Shown piece after piece: positions 26,823 to 38,400 of a stretch of 64,000 bases of DNA (within the stretch, counting starts at the first letter, position 1; each line of letters starts with the position of its first letter). Source of the stretch: a virus; IMG/VR virus record IMGVR_UViG_3300025705_000005, positions 1 through 64,000 of that record, one strand, 5' to 3'. The notes beneath the pieces were generated by a model. The model was not told the DNA's origin. It ran no database searches and was given only the letters and a program-made list of their open reading frames with translations. The position numbers were made by a program, and so were the translations under genes.

Positions 26823-28607
26823 TTACCATTTTCTACAAGACCAATAGTTTGCTTTCCATTTTGGTCCAGGGTTATCACAATTCATTCTAGCTCTAAATGA
26901 TTTTCTAGCTTCTGGATTATCTTTTTTGATTACCATTCCTTTTTGCCCAAAGTGAACTACTACAACATTTCCTTTTTCGTTCTTAACATATACTTTGAAT
27001 TTTTTAGAATCACCTTGCATTGGTTTGTTAAGTTCTACTTTTCTACCTTGATACTCAGCCTCTTCAATTACTTCAGAAGTATTTTCTTTTTTCATAAGTT
27101 TGTAAGCCGTATGCCCCATCATTACGATACCACTCTTAACAAACTTATCTTTATTAGATTGTTTTTTAAGTGCATCATATACTTGAATCATTAGGTTTGC
27201 TGAATTCATATCAACTCTTACCTTCTTACCACTCTTAGTATCTTTAATCAAATCGTTTTGTGAATCTTTTACGATTTTTCTTAATTGAGTAATTACTTCA
27301 GGTTCTTTAGCTTCGTTGATTGATTCGTTTACACCTTTGAATCTTCTTTTAATATCGTTGTAAAATTTCTTATGATATTTTTTAGGAATATGGTCTGATT
27401 TTAAGTAATCATATAAATCTTGCTCATCACTCCACATTTGCCCTGCAGCTTCATGTTGTGTTGAACTATACCCAGCAGCGATATCTAACATAGTGTACAT
27501 ATCATTATGATTTAAACTTTCGTTTACCGATTCATTTATATCTTCAATGGTAGCTGCCATATTACCAATTGCCATAGTTACGTTTCCGTTTCTCTGATAT
27601 AAATAATACTTAACACCTTTTGGGTTTGTTACATTCTGAAGGATTATACGTTCTACTTTTTGTTTACCTACTAAAGTTTTACCCTTAGTTACTTTGAATT
27701 TTGCTTCATTACCACTACTCATTGATGAACCATACTTAATTGTAATCTCATCACCTTTTTTGAGTTTATCGTAAATCTTAAATCTGGCTTTCATATCCAT
27801 AGATTTACCTTCGGTTAATCCCTGTTGGTTGTTTATTTCATTTACTTTTTGTTCGATAGTATCAACGTGTGATTGAATATAAGAATGTTCTTGTTCCAAT
27901 CCCATTATTTTTGCCATCTTCATAATATTTTTTGCGATATTATTAGCAACCATTGAATAATCTCTCTCAGGGCTGTATCCTTCTCTCTGAATATGTTCTT
28001 CTATAAAGAAAAGTGCATCTTGTAATCTTACACTTCTTTCAGCCATATCCATATCAACACCTTTGGATTCTATATCACCATATAGTGATGATGCGCCAGG
28101 ACACATGTGGAAGTATTTAGTTTGGTATTCACCTATCTTAATTTCTTCTTTATCATTTTCATCTTCACCCATTGTACTCATATCTTCATACTCATGTGAG
28201 TGGGTTACTTCTTTAATATATTGAGTTACAAAGCTTCTAAAATTTTCATTCATTCCTTCTTTAAGAGAAGTTACTTTAGCACCTACGGGCCCACCAATAA
28301 ACATTGAAACAAAGAATGCTATCGCATCAATGATATCATACCCATCCCATTTTGCTGCCTTAGCGATTGGTTCACCATGATTCTGTTCGATTGAATCTTC
28401 CAAATCTTTTCTACCAGCATATTTGGATTGTTTTGCTTTAGGAAACATTGAATCCACTTTCTTAGCCTCACTATGAAAGTTTGCATCTCTTAGTGCTCCT
28501 ATTAGAATGTGTTTTACTCCATGATGTACTTCTGGGTCTGAACCTTTGTACCCTTTGAAGTATGCATCTAAGTCTTTTTTAACTTTTTTATTTAATCTTG
28601 GATTCAT
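26823..28607 (-). CDS. Multi-module putative head-internal polyprotein
   Basis: 594 aa; linkers SLKEGMNE, GLTE/G, DINESVNE/S, GVNESINE/A and VIEE/A; last module AEYQGRKVELNKP...RKSFRAR..C.....W...YWSCRKW. Confidence 0.7.
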   Translation of the reverse strand: MNPRLNKKVKKDLDAYFKGYKGSDPEVHHGVKHILIGALRDANFHSEAKKVDSMFPKAKQSKYAGRKDLEDSIEQNHGEPIAKAAKWDGYDIIDAIAFFVSMFIGGPVGAKVTSLKEGMNENFRSFVTQYIKEVTHSHEYEDMSTMGEDENDKEEIKIGEYQTKYFHMCPGASSLYGDIESKGVDMDMAERSVRLQDALFFIEEHIQREGYSPERDYSMVANNIAKNIMKMAKIMGLEQEHSYIQSHVDTIEQKVNEINNQQGLTEGKSMDMKARFKIYDKLKKGDEITIKYGSSMSSGNEAKFKVTKGKTLVGKQKVERIILQNVTNPKGVKYYLYQRNGNVTMAIGNMAATIEDINESVNESLNHNDMYTMLDIAAGYSSTQHEAAGQMWSDEQDLYDYLKSDHIPKKYHKKFYNDIKRRFKGVNESINEAKEPEVITQLRKIVKDSQNDLIKDTKSGKKVRVDMNSANLMIQVYDALKKQSNKDKFVKSGIVMMGHTAYKLMKKENTSEVIEEAEYQGRKVELNKPMQGDSKKFKVYVKNEKGNVVVVHFGQKGMVIKKDNPEARKSFRARMNCDNPGPKWKANYWSCRKW

Positions 28608-28609
28608 TT

Positions 28610-29194
28610 TTATGCTCCGTTATTTTTTAGCTTATCTATAAAGTTTTCTTTAAAGGTTTTAAATTCGTTATCAATTTTTTCTACCACTTCTTCTTCTGTC
28701 ATTCCTTCATTCCATTTTTCAATAGAACCATCTTCATTTATAAAAGATGCTTGAAGAGTTGATTTAATAACTTCCTTTTCCATCTCAGCTTGTTTTAACC
28801 AAGCTTCGGCGTTTGCTAGTAACTTTTTCTTTTCATACTCTTCGTACTTACCATCTAATTTTAATTGATGTTCCATTTCTACAACACAATTTAAACACAT
28901 ACCATGTATAGCTTTCATTTTTAAATCAGCTCTACTTGGTTCTGTAGTAGTACAAGTTTCTTTGTTGCAATTAGGAAATGAATTTAACTCTTCTCTGAGT
29001 TTAGCCATTTTCCCAATCTTAACTTTGTAACCATTTCGTTGTTCCCACTTTTGATTTTTATCATCAATCCAAGTTTCTCCAACTTCACGTCTTTCAACGA
29101 CTTTATCAGCAAATGAGATGCTTTTTTTAGTTTGGGTTTTGTGTTGCCCACTTAACATTTCACTTACTGCTTTAATATTTTTTAACTTTGCCAT
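28610..29194 (-). CDS. Hypothetical protein with Cys cluster
   Basis: 194 aa; CNKETC and CLNC pairs suggest Zn binding. Confidence 0.55.
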   Translation of the reverse strand: MAKLKNIKAVSEMLSGQHKTQTKKSISFADKVVERREVGETWIDDKNQKWEQRNGYKVKIGKMAKLREELNSFPNCNKETCTTTEPSRADLKMKAIHGMCLNCVVEMEHQLKLDGKYEEYEKKKLLANAEAWLKQAEMEKEVIKSTLQASFINEDGSIEKWNEGMTEEEVVEKIDNEFKTFKENFIDKLKNNGA

Positions 29195-29208
29195 AACTTA
29201 TTATTTTA

Positions 29209-29216
29209 TATAAATA
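29209..29216 (-). promoter_or_regulatory. TATTTATA putative late-promoter element
   Basis: 14 nt before the ATG of 28610..29194. Confidence 0.55.
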
Positions 29217-29230
29217 TGAAAATAAAATCT

Positions 29231-31528
29231 TTAAGAGTAAAATAACCCTAAAATCTGATTTAGTGATGCGAATGTACCTGTTAATTTGTATGTTCCACCT
29301 TTATATGTGAATACAATACCCTCATTTGGTACAATCTTATCCTTACCACCTACAGCGGCTAATCTTTCTAATTCCATTTTTAATTTTGCAATCTTCTTTG
29401 GGTCTCCACTCTTCTGAACATCTTTGATTGTGGAATCCAATCTCTTCTTCATATCTCTAACTGCCTTATCAGGGTTAACTGTTAATGCTGAACCCATAAA
29501 TGAAAGTACATCTGCACCTACACCTAAGAATATATCTTCGAACTTACGAAGGTTTGTTTTAGATATTTTTGCTTTATCCTGTTTATCAGTTTTGGTTGCC
29601 CAATCTAATACTTTAGAATCAGAAATATTCTTTTTGTTTAATCTAAATGAGTTATCATAGAATGCCCATCTTTTAACCAACGCCATTTTAGTTTTGTTAT
29701 CTAATGTAGATGGTGAATTTTTATCAACATATTGTTCCCACCATGCTTGATGGTAATCTGCAACACCATTAGAATCTTTTAGTTTAAATTCTTTTTGAAC
29801 TTTGTTTAATTGTGAGTAGTACTTACCTTGTAACTTAGAAAGTTCTACCGATTGTGGTAGATTTACAACAGGTGGTCCTTGAATTGTATAATTCTTTTGA
29901 ACATCCTGATTGATTTGTTTAATCATACCAGCTAATATTCTAGCAGATGAAGTATCAGCTCCAATTGCTTTTCCATTCTCATCATAATCCATTGTTCCGT
30001 GGAATACTAAAAGTGGTTGTCCATAAGGAATCACATTTACTGATGTTGGGAATATAACTTCTATATTCATAAAGGATGAACCTTGATTGAATACTTTATC
30101 TCTTTGTGCTTTTGATAATCCTTTGATTGCTTTAGATAAATCTTCCATAGCGAAATTGTATGCATCGGTTAATCCACCTCTACCTTGAAACTTAGAAGCT
30201 ACTCCACTAATATCCAATGCGTTTTCACCACTATTCTTTAGGTGTCCACCATTACGAGCGGCGATTAATCCTTTATCATCTCTCCAACTAATAGCAAGTG
30301 CTTGTCCATCTGTTTTTTCTCTAGTGAATTCTAACTTACCATTTAAAGCGTTTGATATGATTGTTTTTAAATCACCAAACGTTAGATTCATCTCTGTATC
30401 AAATGGGTGAGCCATATGTCCGTATGCTCCACCTTCAGTAATCAATCCTTCTTTTACTATATTTTCTGGTGAAGTTTCTTTTTTAGGTTCATTCTTAGAA
30501 CTATCTTTTGATTTTTCAGCTCCTAAGAAATCAACAAGTTCATAACCTACCATAGTAGCTACTGTTGTTATCTTATCTGCCCATGCTTTGTAAGCATCAG
30601 TTCCTTTTAAATCAGTATATCTTTGAGATTGTGCATCTAATCCTGCAAGACCTGATGGGAAGTATGATACTGGGTATTTATCTTCAATATTTCTATTATC
30701 ATCAGCGTATATAGTTTCATCATCGGTATCTAATATATAATCAACTACCAACCATCCTAATCTTTTTGCTGTTTCATCACCAACTGCTTTATATGATTTT
30801 GAGTTACCATAATATGCGCCTGGCCCATCATCAACACCTTGTGAGTTACCACCAACACCTACTTTGGTAGAATTGGCTTCTGATAATAATTTATTAAAAT
30901 CAAATGTAGATAAAAAAGATTCCATCTGCTTTGATATCTTACTTAGTTTACCTGTTATGAATTTGAATATCTTTGGATTAAACTTTCCATCGTATGCTTT
31001 TTTGAAACCAGCCTTTTTTGAATCATCACTACCTAATGATAATAACTTTCTAACTTCAGTTCCACTAATACCACCACTTTGAGCTGGTGCTACATAAACA
31101 TATCCTTTATCTTCATATCCTTTTTCAATTCTATCAGGATGGTATGGTTCAAAGTATTTACCTTTTAATCTGTATCTATCCTTTTCACCAACTACAGTTA
31201 CAAATGCTGTTTTAGATGAATCAAACTTACCTATAATTTCTTTTGGGGCGTATGGGTTTTTGATTTGAACAATTTTAGATGATGGAATGCCAAACATCTT
31301 TGTCATAATCATTTTCTTTTCATTAAACTTAAATGGTGATTTGATATTATCTGTTTTATTAGATGTACCAATCCACACATTATCTCTACCAAATTGTTTT
31401 ACCAAATGTTCGTAGGTAGCATTATGCCCTTTATGAAAGGGTTGAAATCTACCAGCGTAAACTACTACCTTTTTTTCTATATTCTCAGTTAAGATTTCCT
31501 TAACCCATTCTTTAATTAATTTTCCCAT
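29231..31528 (-). CDS. HIGH-family nucleotidyltransferase fused to an ATP-dependent-ligase-like domain
   Basis: N-terminal YAGRFQPFHKGH ... ISGTEVR (cytidylyltransferase/NMNAT-like); C-terminal EKTDG (KxDG), NIEV, EGIVF and YKLT (ligase-type motifs I, III, IV, V). Confidence 0.75.
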   Translation of the reverse strand: MGKLIKEWVKEILTENIEKKVVVYAGRFQPFHKGHNATYEHLVKQFGRDNVWIGTSNKTDNIKSPFKFNEKKMIMTKMFGIPSSKIVQIKNPYAPKEIIGKFDSSKTAFVTVVGEKDRYRLKGKYFEPYHPDRIEKGYEDKGYVYVAPAQSGGISGTEVRKLLSLGSDDSKKAGFKKAYDGKFNPKIFKFITGKLSKISKQMESFLSTFDFNKLLSEANSTKVGVGGNSQGVDDGPGAYYGNSKSYKAVGDETAKRLGWLVVDYILDTDDETIYADDNRNIEDKYPVSYFPSGLAGLDAQSQRYTDLKGTDAYKAWADKITTVATMVGYELVDFLGAEKSKDSSKNEPKKETSPENIVKEGLITEGGAYGHMAHPFDTEMNLTFGDLKTIISNALNGKLEFTREKTDGQALAISWRDDKGLIAARNGGHLKNSGENALDISGVASKFQGRGGLTDAYNFAMEDLSKAIKGLSKAQRDKVFNQGSSFMNIEVIFPTSVNVIPYGQPLLVFHGTMDYDENGKAIGADTSSARILAGMIKQINQDVQKNYTIQGPPVVNLPQSVELSKLQGKYYSQLNKVQKEFKLKDSNGVADYHQAWWEQYVDKNSPSTLDNKTKMALVKRWAFYDNSFRLNKKNISDSKVLDWATKTDKQDKAKISKTNLRKFEDIFLGVGADVLSFMGSALTVNPDKAVRDMKKRLDSTIKDVQKSGDPKKIAKLKMELERLAAVGGKDKIVPNEGIVFTYKGGTYKLTGTFASLNQILGLFYS

Positions 31529-31562
31529 AGTAATAAATATCCTATTTTTAATTTAAAAGTGA

Positions 31563-32420
31563 TTATCCACAATGATAAGTACATGCAATTAATTTTGAAG
31601 ATGATGGTTCGGTTGACCAATCTACATCTTCTAATGATTTTGCTACTGTATAATTTGCTAAAAATTCACTATTCTGTTTACACCCATATCCACCAGAACC
31701 TGATGCGGTTGTTATATAATCACCATTTTCAATGTTACCATTTTGGGAACATACTAAAATTATACCATCACCAATCGACCACGCAGCGTGATAATCATCT
31801 TCACCTTCATCTCTTACTCGAGAATACATATATACACCAAATACTCTTTTGTCTTGATATGTTGATGATGTTACACAATATTCTATTGGCTGAACATCTT
31901 TCCCTATAAGTTCTGATTTTACTACTGAAAGTATTGTACCTTCTGGATAAATATGATAAAGTGAGTTATCAATCGAACCCGTATCTGCTATTTTATCAGC
32001 CGATGTGGAATCTGATTGTAACAATACGGCTTTGTGTTCTCCAGTAAATGTATTATACGCCACTGTATAACCATATGCACTAATAGAACCCAATGAAATA
32101 TTATTTCCTGCATAGAAATCTATAAGATAATTGTATTGATTATTACTATAATAACTCCAATCATCACCACATCTTATTTTTATTCCCTTATCACCATTGG
32201 AATAGCTGCTAGCGTAATTGTTCACTTGTAGAGCATATGTGCTTGTACCGGGTACGGTTATTTCAATTGGTTCAATTGAAGTAATAGAACCTGATGAAAT
32301 TAACCCCTCTCTGAATGTAATTTTTTCGTGAGAGTTATCAGTTGAATCTTCCATTACTAATGAACTTGATACTTTTGTAAATATATATTTGTGTCCGTTA
32401 AATAAATCTTTATCTGCCAT
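31563..32420 (-). CDS. Fibre-associated protein with probable intramolecular-chaperone (peptidase G2-like) C-terminal domain
   Basis: FTGEH...GDGIILVCSQNGNIENGDYITT...GYGCKQ...NYTVAK...CTYHCG; directly downstream of the giant fibre. Confidence 0.5.
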   Translation of the reverse strand: MADKDLFNGHKYIFTKVSSSLVMEDSTDNSHEKITFREGLISSGSITSIEPIEITVPGTSTYALQVNNYASSYSNGDKGIKIRCGDDWSYYSNNQYNYLIDFYAGNNISLGSISAYGYTVAYNTFTGEHKAVLLQSDSTSADKIADTGSIDNSLYHIYPEGTILSVVKSELIGKDVQPIEYCVTSSTYQDKRVFGVYMYSRVRDEGEDDYHAAWSIGDGIILVCSQNGNIENGDYITTASGSGGYGCKQNSEFLANYTVAKSLEDVDWSTEPSSSKLIACTYHCG

Positions 32421-32448
32421 ATTACTTTCCTTTTAATTTTTTAAACTA

Positions 32449-35400
32449 TCAATTTTGCACCAGTCCCTGTCCACTACGAGTAGTCAGAGTGTATGTTTGT
32501 AATAGTAACCCAAAGCTTGAGTAGCCCGATGTAATTGCACCATCATCAAATTGTATCCCATCATCTTGAATAGATAATTCTAATCTAGCAATATCATCTG
32601 ACCCAGCGTTTGTTGGGAATAATATATCATTTATTACATATGGTGGTGCTACCTGTAATGTTAAATTCATTGTTACACTTCCACCCAAAGAACCATCTAA
32701 AACTAATGTAGTGTGGCCACTAACTGTTTGATAATAAGAACCTGAATTTGCACTATTAACATTTACAAACTTTTCAACAATATTAGTTGCGGTTACGAAT
32801 CCTTCTTTAGTTACTTCAAAACCAGGACTTACAAAACCACCTAATTTCATAGAACCACTATCTAAACTTATAACTGAACCCTCATTAGGTGATAGGTTAA
32901 GTGATTGTAGTTCACCAGTCTTAATTTGCCTTCCACCAATTTGTGTTCCAAGGTTTGTTTTTGGTTTTATTACTAAATCTCTAACATACGCAGAGTTAAG
33001 TCCATTCCCAGACCAATTTAATATATTCATTGAAAAGAATTCAGTCCCTGCTGATGGGGTGTAATTCGTTTGATATGTAATCCATTCTTGTGGCCAATAA
33101 GAACCATTTAAGTTATTACTTACATTACCTACACCAGCTGAACCTGATATTTTTGTCCAACTTAAAGTAGCTTCACCACTAGTACTAAGGGAACCTGGTT
33201 CTGAATTACTGCTGTTGGCATATGAAGCATGGGTTATAAATTTTACACCATCTTCTCGTGCACTTGCATCATTAGATTCATACACTCTTAGATACATACC
33301 TGTTGTACCTGATGTATAGTTGGTAGCACCACCTTTAACAGTTATTGTTATTCTATATGCAGATGCTTCCTTTTTTATAATTTTGGTTGCCATTCCAATA
33401 GTAGTATCCCCAGGGTTGGATAATTCTACAACTTTACCAATAGTACCCCCGAAATCACTAAATTTTATATTACTTGCGACATTATTCCCATATGTTGAAA
33501 AGAAATCTGCAGGTCTACCATCCAATGCGCTAATACCAGCCGATGGGTTTGTTATTTCGTTAAATAGATTTTCTACAGCTTCAGCAGGGTCACCAAGTGT
33601 AATTGCATTCCCATCCGCATCCAAAACAGAGATAGCTCCAGTTACTTGTACTGCCCCACCACTATCTATTTCGAAATTAGGAGTACTGATTTCTAATTTA
33701 CCAGCAGTATGATTAAATCTCATGTAATTACCACCAAGTTCACCAACTGCGAATTTAGCATTTGGTCCATCTAATAATATACCTTTTTCTGTAGTGTATG
33801 CCCCAGTACCACCAATTTTCATTACACCATCATTAAGATATAACGCAGTACCTGTATCGGTTGATAAGTTGTTTGATTTTATAGTACCTGTTGTAATTGA
33901 ATCACCACTAATTCTACTTGTACCACCAGAACTAAATTCTTTTATTTTTATATAATCAACATGCGTTATACCCTGCGTATCATTGTAGTTCAATAATAGA
34001 TATGCTGATATGAATCCATTATTGATTTCAGCTCTCAACGTTCCAGGATTAGTTTTATCATCGTGCATCGTAGTATCACCATTTGAACCACCTGTTCTTG
34101 TTGCTCCTTTGAAATAACCTTTGAATGTTTGGAAATACCCAGTACCATTACCAGTACCTAAATTATTAGATGATAGAGTAATATAATGACCTGAAGTATT
34201 ATTATTCCCATCATAACCAACTCTAGTTACACCATCTGATTGCATTCCGTTTATACCAACATATGCTCTTGTATTAGATGTACCAGCCGTTCTTTTGATT
34301 CTAACTTCTACCTCATATAATGATGATTCATTAAATGGTATCAATGTATTAGAAATTATATTTGCTTCATCATCACCACTATTGTTTCCTACAACAAGCG
34401 CTTTACCTGAAATACAATCCGTATCTGCCTCTAATGATGGAGTAGAACTACTCGCCCCTTTGTTCCAAAACCAAGCATCACCTGTCCCATCCATCTTTGG
34501 AGCATTACCACCATTTGTATCACCTACAGCTGAGTATTGTGAGAAATCATCAAAGAATACTACATTACCATCTCCGTTATCAGGTCTACCTCTAAAGGTT
34601 ACATCACCTGCGATTTCTACGTTTCCATTCGAACCACTAATATATTGTGAAGTTCCACTTCCTAATAAGAACTTATCTACTTCTATATTTGCGTTTGAAC
34701 CACTAATTAATAATGATTTATTAGTATTGTTCCATGCTAAGTAACCATCGCTTGGATTACTTGCTCCACTAGCATTTCCACCTAAGTAAAAATTACCACC
34801 ACTATCTAAGAATGATGTGAAATCTGCTAATGTTGCGGTTGTTCCACTACCAATTGCCCCATGATATCCAAATACATCTGAGTTCATTAGTAAACCTGCT
34901 GCTAACGTACCTTGTACTCCACTTAATGATGCATCTAAGAATGAGAAGTCTTGATTGTTTGCTCCTTGGTCTCCCTGCGGTCCAGCTTTAGATTTAGCTA
35001 TTGAGTAAGTTTTAGATATTGAAACACCACCACTAACAGCTGTAAGTATTACAGAACCACTATCGGGTGTTAATGCTGAAATTGTTAGTACTCTGTTACT
35101 GATTGTTGCAGTGAGGTCTGTTGAGTTTTGGTTTGTTACAGTATAATTAGATGATACGTTTGTTACACCTTCATATATAAACATTTCAGTACCACTACCA
35201 TTAAATGATGAAACAGTTCCATCATTAGCAGCTGGAACTACATCAGCTTCAGATGTTAGGAATGCCGTTACTGCATCTACCCCACCAGCACCAGCTGCGC
35301 CAGGTTGAACTGCTACAATTGTAACTGTATCAAATGTTAATTCAGTTGTTGAATCAGCTGCTTCAGATACACTAACTGTAATTGTTTTTGGAGTTGAGAA

Positions 35401-38400
35401 ATATGATGATGGAATTGTGAAGTTTTTTGTATCACCATTTGCTGATACTCCATTTGTATATGTAAGTTCATCTGTTATACCATCGCCTGTAAATTTAAAG
35501 TACCCATCTGTAAAGTTTTGTGAATTTGCTGATAATGTAATTGTACCACTTGGTGAAGGGTTTAACCCATCTGCATCATATGTTACAACATTAGTTGCCG
35601 CAGTTAATGATACAGTTTTAGAACCAGACCCGGCTGCTCCTGGAGCTCCATCAGTACCTGCTCTAGATTTAACTAATGACATTGTTTTATCAATCTTTAC
35701 AACCCCAGTTGATAAATTACCACTACCATCTTTTACTTCTTTAATTTCAATATAATCTAATCTAACTACTCCGTTGTTGGTAGGGTGACTAGCTATAAAC
35801 ATTGGTGATATATAAGTTGCGTTTGTATGGATAGTTTTTGGATTATTAATATCAGGAGATTCACCACTATTAGTTGCACTTGATGCACCATGACCTGAGA
35901 AATATCCTCTCTTAGTTACCCAATCTGTACCTTCGTTTTCACCAAATGAAAACCCAGCTGCAGCTATATAATGTTGACTACTAAAAGTATTGCTACCAAC
36001 TACGTTACGTTTTGTGCTTTCATTACTCCAACCATTTACACCAACATAAACTGTTCCAGTACCAGAAACTCTTTTAAACCTAGCTTCAATATAATAAGTT
36101 TTAGTATCATCATAAGCAAATATATCTTTACCTGCTATCCAAACCCTATCATTATCAGCATTATTACCAAATTCAACATAGTTGTTTCTTAATTCACCAT
36201 CACCTGAACCAATACTTATAGTATCAGGATTATCAACTAAGTGCCAATCGTTATCAGTTCCATTAATATCACCAGCACCCCCAACAAGAAATTGTGAGGT
36301 AGCCCAATCTTCACCAGTTCTACTTCCCCAACCACTATGATGGATACCACCACTAATTGCAGTGATTATTACAGAACCACTATCGTGATTCATATTTGTA
36401 ACATTTAAGGATGATGAATTAAATGAGTTAAAATCGTTATCAACAGTAATGCCTGTATTGGATACTCCATTGATAAAGTAGTTTGTTGTTTTATCTGTTA
36501 CACCTTCAAAAATTGTAACATCAGTTTCTGCTCCTACATATGATGGAACTAAACCATCAGCACCTGCTGCTAATGTGTGTGATTCGTTACCTACTATAAC
36601 AGTAATAGCATCAGTACCCGATGTACCATCTGCTCCACCATCTAAGGCGAATATTTTAAATGAATCACTTAAAGATCCTGATGTTACTGTTATCGTTATT
36701 GGGTATTTAGCTTTAGGAGATGGTGAGTTTGTATTAAATACTAAACTACCACTTATTACTCCACTATTATTTGGTAATGAAGTAGGGGCAAATGTAGGTA
36801 CATTATGACTACCACCAACTGCATCTATAATTGTTATATCAGATGCCGTTAAAGTTTTTCCTAAATTTTGTTGAGTAATAAATAACTCAATTGTTGTATC
36901 ATCAGGTGTTGTTGCTGATGCTGATGCAAACGCAAATACTTGTGAATCACCAGTTAATGATATTAAGGATGCTGATGTTCCTGGCGCTCCATCTGAACCA
37001 TCATCTCCTTGCAGTGCTTGTGATATAGACATCAATTTAGTTAATACAACTGAACCTGATGTTGCTGTAATTTCAACTGAACCACTAAATGGAGTTGTTG
37101 AATTTGTTATTGTTACAGTATCACCACTAGTCGTTGTTGTAATATGAGATGAAATTGAACCAGTGTTTATAGTATAATCATTGGTTACATTTGATGTACC
37201 TTGAAATACTAAAATATCTGTACTTGCTCCTGCGAATGATATTACATCACCTGATGAACTTACAGGAAGTGTATGTGAATCGTTAGTTAATAATGCCGTT
37301 ATTGCTGATACACCTGATGTACCATCTGAACCACCCTCAACTTTAAATATTTTTACTGCGTCTTGAAGTGAATCTTTTGTTGCTGATATGGTTAGTGGGA
37401 ATTTTGATTTATCACTACCCATACCACCAGCATTTGTATTCCCTGCAAATGATACTGAACCACTTACTATACCCGTACCACTAACAGCGTCTGTATTATC
37501 AAATGTAAAGTTTGTAATATTACCACCACCATTCATTTGTATTGTAACATCACTTGCTGAAATAGGTGCTACTAAATTCTGTTGTTGAAAACTAAATTCT
37601 ATAGAAGATGGAGTTGCTGATGTATCTATAACATCATCGAATGCCATAACCTGTGAATCTAAACTACCAATAAGTAATTTAGCAGATGTTCCATCTGAAC
37701 CATCAGGCCCTTGTTTGGATTTAACCAAACTCATTATTTTATCTATACTTACACTACCACTTGAAGCGTTTATATTAACATAAGCGCTATCAGCTGTCAT
37801 CGTTGATATGGTAACTGTGTTTCCACTATCCGATGCACTTACCCCAGCACCATTAGATGATGATATAACATAATTAGAAGTTACATTTGTGATTCCTTCA
37901 AATACTTCCATATCCGTAGAACCACCCGCAAATACTGCAATTGAGCCAGATGAATCAGCTGCGAATGTATGTGATTCGTTTGTAAGGAAAGCAATTACTG
38001 CATCCGTTCCATCTACTCCATCTCCACCACCATCAATTTTAAATATTTTTAAACTATCTTCTAATCCATCTTTAGATACTTCAATCGTAATCGGTAACTT
38101 ACTTTTGGTGGATGAAAGAGTTGTATTGAATGTTATACTACCACTAACTTGACCTGTTCCATCTGTTACACTTGCAACAAATGCTGGGTCTGCTAAGGTG
38201 TTTCCACCTGAATCTTTTATTGTTATATCACCAGCATCTATAGTACCACTTAAATTTTGTTGGTTAACAATAATCAATACATCATTATCTATTGGTGTAT
38301 TAGATGATGCTGATGGGAATGAGAATACTTGTGAATCTGATGATAGTGATAACAACTTAGCAGCTGCTCCTGGTAAACCAGCAGTACCCTGCTTTGATTT

